Below are positions 9,365 through 19,447 of a stretch of DNA of 64,000 bases, piece by piece; the stretch's first letter is position 1; the number at the start of each line of letters is the position of its first letter. A program made the translations under genes and the position numbers. The DNA comes from Thermodesulfovibrionia bacterium (GTDB lineage: Bacteria > Nitrospirota > Thermodesulfovibrionia > JACRGW01), in the NCBI GenBank assembly GCA_919902655.1, contig CAKKRL010000162.1, positions 251 through 64,250 of the forward strand. Direction: 5' to 3'. The notes beneath the pieces were generated by a model. That model saw nothing but the letters and a program-made list of their open reading frames with translations. It was not told where the DNA came from and did no database searches.

Positions 9365-9769
9365 CTAACTCAACCAATTTTCAACTTTCAAATCTGGTAT
9401 TCTCACAAAATGTCTTTCATTGGATGTTATCAAAGTCAAATCATTCTTTACTGCTGTTGCTGCAATAAGGAGATCCTCTGGCGATATAACTTGTCCCCTG
9501 CTTGCTAATATTGCTGCTAAATCACCTGCGATAATTGCAATCTCTTCAGTAATAGGAAGGATAACTACTTTATCTAACACTTCTGTCTCAATCCTCTTCC
9601 ATAATATCTTATTGTCTGGCCGTCTCTGGCTACCATACCTGAGTTCCATCACGCATATACAAGATGTAAATTGGACTTCAGCAGAAATACTGGAAAGATG
9701 CTCCATAAGGGGTATATTGGGTTTCTTCTTCATGACCTCACTCAGGATATTTGTATCAAAAAGATACAT
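9365..9769 (-). CDS. vapC: PIN-domain toxin VapC
   Basis: MYLFDTNILSE… N-terminus, conserved acidic residues and the TSNERHF C-terminus. Immediately downstream of the antitoxin with a 1-nt gap. Confidence 0.8.
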   Translation of the reverse strand: MYLFDTNILSEVMKKKPNIPLMEHLSSISAEVQFTSCICVMELRYGSQRRPDNKILWKRIETEVLDKVVILPITEEIAIIAGDLAAILASRGQVISPEDLLIAATAVKNDLTLITSNERHFVRIPDLKVENWLS

Positions 9770-10039
9770 TTAACCCTTCCTCTCCTTAACAATCCTGAGT
9801 TTATGCTTATGTCGTTCTTTTAAAATCCTATCAATATCCTTGAAGAATGGGTCTCTAATACCAAGCCAACCTTTTATAGAGCCTAATCCCCTTTCAGATG
9901 GAGCAGATAGGACAGCCACTGGTTTCCCCCTTTTAGTTACAACAACCTCAGCATGGCCGTAAGCCACTCTATTTAAAAGTTCTGAGAAATGTTTTTTAGC
10001 ATCAGCTACGCTCACAGCGATCCTTGGCATAAATATCAC
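9770..10039 (-). CDS. Phd/YefM-type antitoxin paired with VapC
   Basis: About 85 aa with …VSVADAKKHFSELLNRVAYGHAEVVVTKRGKPVAVL…, a Phd/YefM signature. The true start is probably the Met at 10030. Confidence 0.75.
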   Translation of the reverse strand: MIFMPRIAVSVADAKKHFSELLNRVAYGHAEVVVTKRGKPVAVLSAPSERGLGSIKGWLGIRDPFFKDIDRILKERHKHKLRIVKERKG

Positions 10040-10094
10040 CCCCTTTAGGGCATTATAGTCATTTTGGGCAATTTAGTCAATATGACTATAACGG

Positions 10095-11258
10095 TCAGAA
10101 CCTGTAATACTCCGTGCATCTTGAACATACAGGAAAGGCCTTCCTCTCTTTCACCACACGCCTGAAGTTCCTGTATCTTTCTGAATTCCATATATCCCTG
10201 AAGGACGATTCTCGGAGGCTGCCTGCAGAGAAATTGAGGGACTGGCAGGGCCTCACAGACCCATCAGGGAAGATATACGCAACCATCCAGGGACTTATAC
10301 ACCGGTTTCTGTAACTTGCGGGCCAGAATTCGAAGTTACTGTAGTATCTTCTTATCTCCTCGTTCGTGTAGTTTGGATAGAATGAAACATCAATGCTTGT
10401 TTTCATCGACTTAATCTCTACCATCTTTTTTAAAAGCTTCTCTGGTTCTATCCTCGGGAGATCATCCCTCACGAACCCTGCCCAGTCAGGGGAGATACAT
10501 GAAAAACATTCCTTAAAAACCCTGTTATGCTCAGTATATGTATCTTTGCCAGTAAAGATTAGATGGTGGAAAGTGATGGATGTGGCACCCATCTCCTCTG
10601 CAATCCTTACTACCTCACCGAGTCTGTGATAGTTCATCTCAAATACTGTGCTCGATATGTTCACAATCGGCTTTTTTGCTCCGCTCCTGTCCTTTGTCTC
10701 CTTTAACCTTTGAAAACCAGAATAGGCTTTATCAAAGGTCCCCTCACTGCTCCTCATTTCGTCGTGTATGTCCTTTGGACCGTCAAGAGAAAAGATTATC
10801 TCATCAACCCCCAGCTCAACAATCTTCTCTGCATTATCACCGAGGAGGACGCCGTTAGTAATTATATTACATCTCATCTCTCTCTCTTTCACCATCCTTA
10901 TGATATCCGGCCATTCCCAGTATATGAAAGGCTCACCACCGAAGAGGGTGATATTCGGCCTGAATGCCCTTACATCGTTCAGCAGGGATTCTATCTCCTT
11001 CAATGATAATTGTTCCCTTAACATCTCCTGCGGATAGTCCTTCGATGAACCTACCATACCCCACTGCCCGCACATCTTGCACCTCAGGTTACAGCGGTAT
11101 GTGAGGAATAGGGAAATCGTTTCAGGATAGGCACTGTAGCCGTTAAAGAGCTTGTAAGTGAGGTAAGACAGAAACCTTCTCCTGAATGCCTGCCATCCAT
11201 AGGCAGGCTGGGATATCGCCTTGCCGATCGCCCGTTTTATATTTCTAAGAGGGATCAT
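10095..11258 (-). CDS. Radical SAM protein with a C-terminal SPASM/twitch-like Cys cluster, located inside the polysaccharide locus
   Basis: CNLRCKMCGQW (CxxxCxxC). C-terminal cysteines CISPW…RPCQ…CSRC. Overlaps the downstream DegT gene by 4 nt. Confidence 0.8.
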   Translation of the reverse strand: MIPLRNIKRAIGKAISQPAYGWQAFRRRFLSYLTYKLFNGYSAYPETISLFLTYRCNLRCKMCGQWGMVGSSKDYPQEMLREQLSLKEIESLLNDVRAFRPNITLFGGEPFIYWEWPDIIRMVKEREMRCNIITNGVLLGDNAEKIVELGVDEIIFSLDGPKDIHDEMRSSEGTFDKAYSGFQRLKETKDRSGAKKPIVNISSTVFEMNYHRLGEVVRIAEEMGATSITFHHLIFTGKDTYTEHNRVFKECFSCISPDWAGFVRDDLPRIEPEKLLKKMVEIKSMKTSIDVSFYPNYTNEEIRRYYSNFEFWPASYRNRCISPWMVAYIFPDGSVRPCQSLNFSAGSLRESSFRDIWNSERYRNFRRVVKERKAFPVCSRCTEYYRF

Positions 11259-12448
11259 TCCATCTCCATGAGCACATTGATCATTTTATCTATTGCTCCA
11301 TCATGAACCAGCGGATGGGTCGGAAGGAGGAGTAGTTTCTCTGCTATCACTGTAGCATTAGGGAAGGGGTCTGGATTCTCTTTATAACCAAGATCAAAAA
11401 TCCTGTGCATGGGTCTGAGGTACATCCTTGTAGCCTCTATTCCTTCTTTCCATAGCCTGCCTATCAATAATTCTATCTTATCCTTATCTTTGACAAGCAA
11501 TGGAAACTGGCTGAAGGCTATAAAGGAATTTTCAGGAGGTTGTGGCAGTATATATCCCTTTAAACCAGTTAATCCTCTGAGGAGGTTCATTCCATTTCTG
11601 TTCCTCATAATACTGAACTCTTCAAGTGAGTGTAGGAGGCTCTGTCCGAGCCCTGCCTGGAATGGAGTATATGCCTTTACCTCAAAATCATGATGTAATT
11701 CTCTTGATTTTAAAGGTTCAACGACTGGATAAAGCACACCATAAACCTCTGGTTTTACAATTATAGAAACGAGAATTGCCTTTATCATAATTATTAATTT
11801 GTTCACTTTCTGTTCTTTTACGAAACGATCTAACTCCTTTCCGATCAGATCGGCAATAGATTCAGAGTTAGTCACCAATGCCCCGCCTGTATAGGTAGAG
11901 AGGTTCTTCCCCCTCTGGAAGCTGAGGATCCCGATATCCCCGTTACCGCCTGTTAACCTTCCATCGCTCCTTGTCCCCAATGACTGGGCGTTGTCCTCAA
12001 TGATAAAAACATTTTTTTCATCGGCTATCCTTTTTATCTGTTCCATTGGCGAAGGGATTCCAAATAGGTGTACAGGTACTATGCAGAGAGTATCTCCTGT
12101 AATTACCTCCTCAAGTTTTAACGGGTCGAGGTTGAATGTCTCGAGGGACACCTCGCAGAGCACTGTCTTAAGGCCTGCCCTTTCTACAGGAAGTTTCAGG
12201 ATAGGTGCAGTATAGGCAGGGAGGATAACCTCCTTCTTATCCGATAATTTCTTGAGAACCTCAAGGGCTATATAGAAGGCCGCAGTGCCCGATCCAACAG
12301 CAAATGCCTCTTTAACTCCGAGAACATCTCTGAGGTCATTCTCAAATGCCTTTACGGAATCCATACCTCTTAATTCTCCCCTTATTCCTCTCATGAGGTC
12401 CATAAGATTTATAGGAGTCCCTGCGCAGGGAAATTTCTTCAACATCAT
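11255..12448 (-). CDS. DegT/DnrJ/EryC1/StrS-family aminotransferase, second copy
   Basis: FAVGSGTAAFYIAL…, EDNAQSLG…, GILSFQRGKNL pattern. Confidence 0.75.
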   Translation of the reverse strand: MMLKKFPCAGTPINLMDLMRGIRGELRGMDSVKAFENDLRDVLGVKEAFAVGSGTAAFYIALEVLKKLSDKKEVILPAYTAPILKLPVERAGLKTVLCEVSLETFNLDPLKLEEVITGDTLCIVPVHLFGIPSPMEQIKRIADEKNVFIIEDNAQSLGTRSDGRLTGGNGDIGILSFQRGKNLSTYTGGALVTNSESIADLIGKELDRFVKEQKVNKLIIMIKAILVSIIVKPEVYGVLYPVVEPLKSRELHHDFEVKAYTPFQAGLGQSLLHSLEEFSIMRNRNGMNLLRGLTGLKGYILPQPPENSFIAFSQFPLLVKDKDKIELLIGRLWKEGIEATRMYLRPMHRIFDLGYKENPDPFPNATVIAEKLLLLPTHPLVHDGAIDKMINVLMEME

Positions 12449-13116
12449 CAGTCCTTTTTCCCCTGGACAACAATGGCCGGAGAAAATCTTCCAAGGGGCA
12501 TTCCTATACCGATATGCTCTATCTTCTTCATACCGAGTTCTTTAAGAATCCTCTTGATATCCTTCAGACTATTCATTCTTAAGGGCACTTTTATATAGGG
12601 GTCATGAAGCGGTGCGAGCTTGTAGCCAGCATAAATAAGAGGATTCAGGATATTCCTGAAGTCGAAATAAATAAAACCTCCCTTTTTACATACCCTCACC
12701 ATTTCCGATAATGTCTCCACCATATCCTTCCTTGCAGGCAGATTAAGGAAAAGGTTTATGCATACTACATGTTCAAAACTCTCATCCCTGAATGGAATAG
12801 ACTGGGAGATCCCCTTGACAATAGCAATTCTCTTTAGCCCTTTTTCAAGAAGCCTTTTCCTTGCCTTCAGGAGTATCTCATCCCATGGCTCCAGCCCGAT
12901 CACATCCATCACGGGACATTTGATGGATATCTCTGCAAGGAAAAGTCCTTCACCGCTGCCTATTTCAAGAAGCCTCCTATCAGGCCTGGCTGCAACAAGC
13001 TCTCCCACCTTCTTTCTTACAAGGAAAGGAAGATACCCTGCAGAATATTCTCCCATCTCCTCAGGCCTTGTAAATCCTTTTCTCAATCTATTGGCTATCC
13101 TTTCAATTACACCCAT
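12448..13116 (-). CDS. Class I SAM-dependent methyltransferase
   Basis: LLEIGSGEGLF motif I. About 220 aa. Confidence 0.75.
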   Translation of the reverse strand: MGVIERIANRLRKGFTRPEEMGEYSAGYLPFLVRKKVGELVAARPDRRLLEIGSGEGLFLAEISIKCPVMDVIGLEPWDEILLKARKRLLEKGLKRIAIVKGISQSIPFRDESFEHVVCINLFLNLPARKDMVETLSEMVRVCKKGGFIYFDFRNILNPLIYAGYKLAPLHDPYIKVPLRMNSLKDIKRILKELGMKKIEHIGIGMPLGRFSPAIVVQGKKD

Positions 13117-14186
13117 TATCTCCTCTTAAGAAGTCTTTCAGCAGCATGGAGAACCTCAAAAGGATATACCTCTCTGAGGCATTTCATGGAATCGCATTCC
13201 CTCCTTGTGCAGGGGGAGCAGTCAACATCTTTTCTAACAGTTATGATATCAGGGCTCTCAGGTATAAATCTCTTGAAATACCCTGGCCCAACAACAGCAA
13301 CAACAGGCGTCTTGACAGCGATCGCTATATGCATTGGACCTGTGTCGTTGGTGATAAATAGGTCCACTCTTTTAAGGATTGCGGCAAGTGTCTTGAGCGT
13401 AGTTTTCCCTGCAAGAACGCAGGACTCTACCTTAAGAAGTCCTGCCAGCTCTTTTGCAATCCCCTCATCATTACCTCCACCGGTGATAACCACATTAATA
13501 GGCATTCCCTCTGACAGGCCATTTATAACCTCTGCAAAATTACCTGCACCCCATCTCTTTGAAGGCCAGTCAGCCCCTGGATTTACCCCGACAAGAAGTC
13601 TGACATCAGAAAAACCGCATCCCTTCAGGATTCTCCCTGCGTTGCTTTCCTCCTCTTCCCCGAGATATATCTCGAGCTCCTTTTTTGTTTTCTTTCCTCC
13701 TATCTCCTCCAGGAGACTTGCCTGCAGATTTACATCATATAATCCAGGCATGTCTTTCTCATATATCTTTATTCCGTAAATAAATCCTCTGCCATTTGTG
13801 TCCCTTCCAGCCTTCTTGTTAGAACCTATTAAAAGAAAGACTATAGCCACTTTAAGTGCGCTCAAGATATTAACCAGAGGGAGGAGATTTATAGCCAGAG
13901 AGTATTTCTTCTTCCTCTGTGATAGAAGAAAGATTAAGGCATTCCACAATCTGCCCGGTCTAAATATAAAATCAGAGAACCTCAATTCCTGCAAGTCAAA
14001 GACAAGGAGTTCATCAAAATAGTTCAGTCCCTGCACAATCTCTTTTGCCCTGTTAACAACCCATAATGTTATGAAGGAATCCGGATATGATTGTCTCAGC
14101 CCTCTGAGAAAAGGAACAGACAGGAGGAGGTCACCGATGCCACCGAGATTCATCACAAGTATCTTATCTATTTTCTCTTTTCTCAT
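13116..14186 (-). CDS. Glycosyltransferase family 9 (heptosyltransferase-like)
   Basis: N-terminal KILVMNLGGIGDLLLSVP typical of RfaC/RfaF/RfaQ-like GT9 enzymes. Confidence 0.75.
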   Translation of the reverse strand: MRKEKIDKILVMNLGGIGDLLLSVPFLRGLRQSYPDSFITLWVVNRAKEIVQGLNYFDELLVFDLQELRFSDFIFRPGRLWNALIFLLSQRKKKYSLAINLLPLVNILSALKVAIVFLLIGSNKKAGRDTNGRGFIYGIKIYEKDMPGLYDVNLQASLLEEIGGKKTKKELEIYLGEEEESNAGRILKGCGFSDVRLLVGVNPGADWPSKRWGAGNFAEVINGLSEGMPINVVITGGGNDEGIAKELAGLLKVESCVLAGKTTLKTLAAILKRVDLFITNDTGPMHIAIAVKTPVVAVVGPGYFKRFIPESPDIITVRKDVDCSPCTRRECDSMKCLREVYPFEVLHAAERLLKRR

Positions 14187-15294
14187 ACCTCAATCCTGAA
14201 CCTGCTATCTTTTTTGTGACAGCATCCATCATATCATCTGGAGTAATAAGTTCCATACATTCCTTTCCCTTACAGACATCCTTATTGCAGGGACTGCATT
14301 TTATGCCTTTCCTTAAGACAATATTATTATCCCCTGCCGGCCACCAGAGATATGGGACAGTTGGTCCCATTGTAGATACAGTAGGAACCCTAAGGGCAGT
14401 AGCTATATGGAGGGGCCCGGAGTTATTACAAAGCAGAAGATTACAATAACTAAGAAGGGCGATAAAGTCTCTCAATCCTGCTCCTTGTATGATAACAGGA
14501 TTTCCACCCATCGCCTTCCTGATAACATCCAATTGCTCCCTGTCCTCCTCTCCTACGAAGATTATAACCTTTGCCCCATATTCCAAGATTATCCTGTCCC
14601 CAACAAGGCCAAACCTCTCTGCAGGCCATCTCTGGCTCTCATAGTATCCGCCCGGATGAATCCCGATCAAGATATCCCGCTTTTCTATCCCCTTTTCCCT
14701 GAGCATCTCCCCTGCTTTAGACCTCTCGCTCTCAGAAAGGTAGATAAAAGGCAGATGGTCTTTAATCTTTATATCGAGCGACCTCGCAAGGTCAAGCGTA
14801 TGATCGAGGACCGTCCTTTCCCCTTCACCCTTCGGTCCCTTTATATTGAAGAATATCTCCCTGCCGCTTATTTCAAAACCTATTCTGTACTTCGCCCCCA
14901 TAATGAAGGATAGAAAAGCTGTCCACAGTTCGTATGTCAGAAAGGGATCTATTATAAGATCGAATTGCCTCTGTCTGATATTTCCTATAATCCTTATCGC
15001 ATCCAATAATTTCCTCTCATATACTATAACTTCATCCACAAATGGATTCCCGAGAAGTATGTCCCTGTTGAGAAGACTGGAAAGGACTATCAGTCTTGCC
15101 CCAGGAAGACCTTGCTTTAAGGCCTCAAGGGTTGGGGTAGAGAGAACCATATCGCCTATCCTGTCATGCCTTAAAAATAATATATTCCTTATACTATCCC
15201 TCTCAGGAATAACCACCTTTCTGAAAGATAAAAATGGTATCAGAATTAACTTCCTTATCTTCAGATAGACCCTCTTGAGTAGTTCCCTTATCAT
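14164..15294 (-). CDS. Glycosyltransferase family 9 (heptosyltransferase-like), second copy
   Basis: NILFLRHDRIGDMVLSTPTLEAL N-terminus and the C-terminal GT9 pattern (…NNSGPLHIA…). Confidence 0.75.
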   Translation of the reverse strand: MIRELLKRVYLKIRKLILIPFLSFRKVVIPERDSIRNILFLRHDRIGDMVLSTPTLEALKQGLPGARLIVLSSLLNRDILLGNPFVDEVIVYERKLLDAIRIIGNIRQRQFDLIIDPFLTYELWTAFLSFIMGAKYRIGFEISGREIFFNIKGPKGEGERTVLDHTLDLARSLDIKIKDHLPFIYLSESERSKAGEMLREKGIEKRDILIGIHPGGYYESQRWPAERFGLVGDRIILEYGAKVIIFVGEEDREQLDVIRKAMGGNPVIIQGAGLRDFIALLSYCNLLLCNNSGPLHIATALRVPTVSTMGPTVPYLWWPAGDNNIVLRKGIKCSPCNKDVCKGKECMELITPDDMMDAVTKKIAGSGLRYEKRENR

Positions 15295-15308
15295 CCGGTA
15301 TCACTACA

Positions 15309-16262
15309 TTATTTTTGAATAAGCCAGAGAATCTCCAGAGCAAGAAGCTCATTTAATATCGGCATATCCGCTAAGTATGGCCTTACCACATCAACAAATC
15401 TCCTTCGGTATTTAAAGCCCCTCTTCCTCAATTTCTTCTCAAAAGCAAATCTTGTAGTAAGGCCGTAATGCAACCTTGTACCTTCTCCTCCCTTAAACCA
15501 CCCGATAGCAGACCCTATCAATTCCCTGACCTTATTCGGGGTAAAGATAACCATACTTCCTTTCTCCTTTAAGATTCTTGCCGATTCGTCAAGGAACCTT
15601 TCTTTCTGGCTATCATCAATATGCTCTATAAAATCTGCCGAAACAATAGTGTCAGCCGACAGGCCTTTAAAAGGCAGATTAGCTGCATCGGCAACAACAA
15701 ATCTTATCCATGTATCATTACCGAGCCTTTCTTCTGCAATTGTCTTTGCGACCTTTATAGATTCAAAAGAGTAATCTACGCCAACCGCCTTTGCACCTTT
15801 CATGGCCGCCCTGTATGTAAATGTCCCCACGCCGCATCCGATATCAATTATAACCTCTCCCTTTTCTGCACTTATGGAATTAGATACGACCACGATTCTT
15901 CTCTTATCAATACTATCCTCCGGTTCCCAGTATACCCTGACTGCATGATCGATACCGAGTGCCTCTATCCTCTCGTTATAATCCCTCGAGGTTATCTCCT
16001 GTGAGGAAAGAAAAGATAATAATCTCTGTGCCCTCTTTTTTATTATCCCTTTAAGTCCCTCATGCTTTAGGGCGTATCTTAAGAATTTCTCGCAGACAAA
16101 ACGATTTTTTTCATGGAAATATCCTTCTTTTTCTGCCAGTTCTGAAACATTATCTAATAATTTCAGGAGATCTTCCAGTTGGGGACGGTATCTTTTCTCA
16201 AAACCCTTCTGCCACTCCCCTTCCATCTCTATAAAATATTCATCTACCAATGACCCCTTCAT
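15309..16262 (-). CDS. Class I SAM-dependent methyltransferase
   Basis: VIIDIGCGVGTF motif I. Confidence 0.75.
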   Translation of the reverse strand: MKGSLVDEYFIEMEGEWQKGFEKRYRPQLEDLLKLLDNVSELAEKEGYFHEKNRFVCEKFLRYALKHEGLKGIIKKRAQRLLSFLSSQEITSRDYNERIEALGIDHAVRVYWEPEDSIDKRRIVVVSNSISAEKGEVIIDIGCGVGTFTYRAAMKGAKAVGVDYSFESIKVAKTIAEERLGNDTWIRFVVADAANLPFKGLSADTIVSADFIEHIDDSQKERFLDESARILKEKGSMVIFTPNKVRELIGSAIGWFKGGEGTRLHYGLTTRFAFEKKLRKRGFKYRRRFVDVVRPYLADMPILNELLALEILWLIQK

Positions 16263-18528
16263 AAATTCCCTCTATCTTCTTAATCCCTTTTTTCAGAGAA
16301 AACTTCTCATTAACCGTCCTTCTGCCGTTTTCGCCGAGTTGTCTCATCAAACCCGTGTCTCCCATAAGCCTCTCTATACCAGAGCGCAGGGAATAAGAGT
16401 CTTTTGGAGGTATGAGTATTCCATTCTCCCCGTCTGTTATTATCTCCCTTAAAGGGCCCAGGTCCGAAGCAATGACCGGTTTCCCTGCTGCCATCGCCTC
16501 GATAACTGCAATGCCGAAGCTCTCATACTCTGTGGGGAATATGAAGATATCCATTGCCTTCAACAGTGCAGCTACATCCTGTCTTAGACCTGTAAGAATA
16601 AAATATTGGTCCAGACCTTTTTTCCTAATCTCCACTTTAAATTCGTCCCTCGCTTCTCCGTCTCCTACAATAAGAAACTTGCCCCCCCGAATTTCATGGG
16701 CAGCATCGATTATTGTCTTCAAACCTTTTCTCCAGTCAAGCCTTCCTAAAAAACCTATAACAAAGCTATCTTTATTAATTCCGAGTTCCCTTCTTATTTC
16801 TGCTACATCTTCTTCGGATGGTACAATACCTGTATCCACAAAGTTATGGACAATAACTACCTTTTCCGGAGAGATCCCCTGCCTTTCTATATAGGAATCC
16901 CTCGCTTCCTTAGAGACAGCTATTACAAATCTTGCCATCCTGTTCGAAAACCTATGACCCATCAGATGTAACTTTCTTTTTAGGGGGTTCCTTATCCATG
17001 AATGGTCATGGGCAACAAGATGTTCAGTAATAATCACAGGCGTCCCTGTCATGGCCCCAACTAATTTTGCATAAAACCCTGCTCTTCCCATATGTGCATG
17101 GATGATGTCAAATCTCCCCTCTCTTGCTATCCTGTAAAGTGATAAGAGGGAACGGATGCTTAAGCTGTCCCTGAGTTCAACCTTATGGGTTATGACATCA
17201 TTCTTTTTGAGTTCCCTGTAAAGCCATCCATCCGGACAGGCAACTTCCAATCGGAAGTTATTTTTATCAATAGCTTTAGCTATATCAATTATATGCCTCT
17301 GCGGGCCTGATAATTCTGATGAATGGATTACCTGCAGTACCTTCACCTGTGGGTCAAGTAGTTTCAAATAAAGTTTCTCTGTTTGCTTTGAATTGCTTTT
17401 TATAGAGAAATGATTCTCTGCCCTTTCCCTCGCCTTTTTACCCATATCAGACATTCTTTCAGGATTCCTGAAAAGGGAGATTATTGCAGCGGCCATAGCC
17501 TTATGATTACCGGGGTCAACCAATATTGCTGTTACCCCATCAACCGCTATTTCAGGTGTCCCGCCACTTTTTGTAGCAATAATTGGTTTCCCCATTGCCA
17601 TCGCTTCCAGGTGGGACCTTCCTGAAGGCTCTGCATATGAGGGAAGAACAAAAATATTCATTGCTGCGAGTATCTGTGGCAGGTCTTTCCTGAAACCTGT
17701 GAATATAACCTTATCCGAGAGGCCTGTCTCAACTGCAAGTCTCTTTATATATCCCTCCCATTCACTGAATTCAGGAGATATATGACTTCCTGCAATAAGA
17801 AATCTCGCCTCAGGAAATTCCTCTGACACAATACCTGCAGCCTTCAAAAATATATCATGTCCCTTTTCAGGGACGATACGACTTGTGACACCAATCAGAA
17901 GGGTTTCTGCTGACATACCAAATTCCTTTCTTATCAGCTCCCCTGAGATTCCGTGGTTAAATTCCTCTGAATCAACACCGTTCTGAATAACAATGGATTT
18001 CCTGTGCGGCATTGCATCTTTATGGAATCTTCCCCTGATCGCCTCTGTAAGACAGATGAGCTTATGGGTCAGAAAGATAAAAAGTCTATCAGGGTCTATC
18101 TTTTCTGTAGTGATGAGATTCCTCGCATGCCAGACAATCTTTTTCCCTGTAATCCTTCCAGCAATTCCTCCGTATAGATTCGTCCTGAAACCGTTTGAGT
18201 GTATAAGGTCTATATTCTTTGACTTTACAATGCGAATAAGTTTAGTAATGGTTTTAATTTTTTTGAAGATATTAATGCCGAGTGGTCTTGGAAAGTCTGT
18301 GAAATGTATCTCAACTCCGAGACCCTTCAGGTCTTCCATAAAAGGCCCTTCGGATGGTAGGACTGCTACAGGTAAAAACCTTTCTCTGTCGAGATTTTTT
18401 ATAAGATAAAAAATACTCCTTTCAGCGCCACCTGTCTGAACAACATCGTGGAGATAGAGGATTTTGAATCTTCTAAACCTTTTTTGCATAAAATATAATC
18501 TCTGTCTGGAGGCTGAAAATTCTCGCAA
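16240..18528 (-). CDS. Tandem two-module glycosyltransferase (GT4 + GT4 fusion)
   Basis: Two separate GT4 E-X7-E regions: EPSGRSHLEAMAMGKPIIATKSGGTPE and ESFGIAVIEAMAAGKPVIASDLGPLRE. The true start is possibly the Met at about 18489. Confidence 0.8.
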   Translation of the reverse strand: MREFSASRQRLYFMQKRFRRFKILYLHDVVQTGGAERSIFYLIKNLDRERFLPVAVLPSEGPFMEDLKGLGVEIHFTDFPRPLGINIFKKIKTITKLIRIVKSKNIDLIHSNGFRTNLYGGIAGRITGKKIVWHARNLITTEKIDPDRLFIFLTHKLICLTEAIRGRFHKDAMPHRKSIVIQNGVDSEEFNHGISGELIRKEFGMSAETLLIGVTSRIVPEKGHDIFLKAAGIVSEEFPEARFLIAGSHISPEFSEWEGYIKRLAVETGLSDKVIFTGFRKDLPQILAAMNIFVLPSYAEPSGRSHLEAMAMGKPIIATKSGGTPEIAVDGVTAILVDPGNHKAMAAAIISLFRNPERMSDMGKKARERAENHFSIKSNSKQTEKLYLKLLDPQVKVLQVIHSSELSGPQRHIIDIAKAIDKNNFRLEVACPDGWLYRELKKNDVITHKVELRDSLSIRSLLSLYRIAREGRFDIIHAHMGRAGFYAKLVGAMTGTPVIITEHLVAHDHSWIRNPLKRKLHLMGHRFSNRMARFVIAVSKEARDSYIERQGISPEKVVIVHNFVDTGIVPSEEDVAEIRRELGINKDSFVIGFLGRLDWRKGLKTIIDAAHEIRGGKFLIVGDGEARDEFKVEIRKKGLDQYFILTGLRQDVAALLKAMDIFIFPTEYESFGIAVIEAMAAGKPVIASDLGPLREIITDGENGILIPPKDSYSLRSGIERLMGDTGLMRQLGENGRRTVNEKFSLKKGIKKIEGIYEGVIGR

Positions 18529-19447
18529 TCAGATTGACAGCCCAGTTGCTGAAGAGTCTTCTTATCCCCGTTGCCCCGTAATCGTATCCACCTGCCGGAT
18601 ATGAAACGATAGAAAAATTACATCTTGAAAGCAGTCCTTTCAATGCCTTTGGGTCGAAAAAATATAGATGGTACAGGTTATGGAGGAGATAAAGCCTGTA
18701 ACCCTCCTCATCCGACCTCCTCGGGTAAAGATGACAGTAACCATTCTTAAATTTTCTAATCGCGTATGGGTCCTCAAGGGGTTTTACCGGATTACCGAGC
18801 ATTCTGTTCAGTCGGGATAGAAAAGTCGTAACCGTTCTCCGGTTAGGGGTAACGACCAGTAATAACCCCTTGTCTCTTAATATCCTGTTGATTTCCATAA
18901 GTGTAACATCCGGATATGGCATGTGTTCAATAACATGGCAGAGGGCTACCACATCAAAACTATTATCTTCAAACCCTGCCTCCTCTATCTTACCGACATT
19001 TAAGACCGGAATATCGTAATTCTCCCTGGCGAACTCGGCTGCCCTTTCTGAAACCTCAATACCCAGGACAGCAAAACCTTTGTCCTTCGCAAGTTTCAGA
19101 AAATATCCAGCACCTGTCCCGATATCCAGAATTTTTTTATACCCATAACTATTCCGCATTTTCATAATCGGTATTAATCGATTGAGATGAACCTTCTCTC
19201 TCTTGCTTTCAAGTTCAAGTGTCTTTTCTGTCCATGTATTTCTGTCTTCTATGACCGAGGTATAATATCCTTCCCGATACATCCAATCGAGAAACTCCTT
19301 ATCAGGCCTCGGACTTATATACTGAAGCCCGCAGTTTTTACATTGAACTATCCTTGCCTCTTTCTCTGCCATGAAATGGATGACGGTAACTGTATCAGCA
19401 TTATTATATCCGCAGAGACATTTAACCTCCTCAAGTCTGAATTCCAT
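18473..19447 (-). CDS. Class I SAM-dependent methyltransferase with an N-terminal zinc-ribbon
   Basis: CLCGYNNAD…CKNCGLQY zinc ribbon, then ILDIGTGAGYF motif I. Confidence 0.75.
   Translation of the reverse strand: MEFRLEEVKCLCGYNNADTVTVIHFMAEKEARIVQCKNCGLQYISPRPDKEFLDWMYREGYYTSVIEDRNTWTEKTLELESKREKVHLNRLIPIMKMRNSYGYKKILDIGTGAGYFLKLAKDKGFAVLGIEVSERAAEFARENYDIPVLNVGKIEEAGFEDNSFDVVALCHVIEHMPYPDVTLMEINRILRDKGLLLVVTPNRRTVTTFLSRLNRMLGNPVKPLEDPYAIRKFKNGYCHLYPRRSDEEGYRLYLLHNLYHLYFFDPKALKGLLSRCNFSIVSYPAGGYDYGATGIRRLFSNWAVNLIARIFSLQTEIIFYAKKV

Noticed and set aside
13186-15268. Plus-strand ORFs (up to 197 aa) inside the GT9 genes
   Set aside because: Antisense to heptosyltransferase-like genes with clear family motifs.
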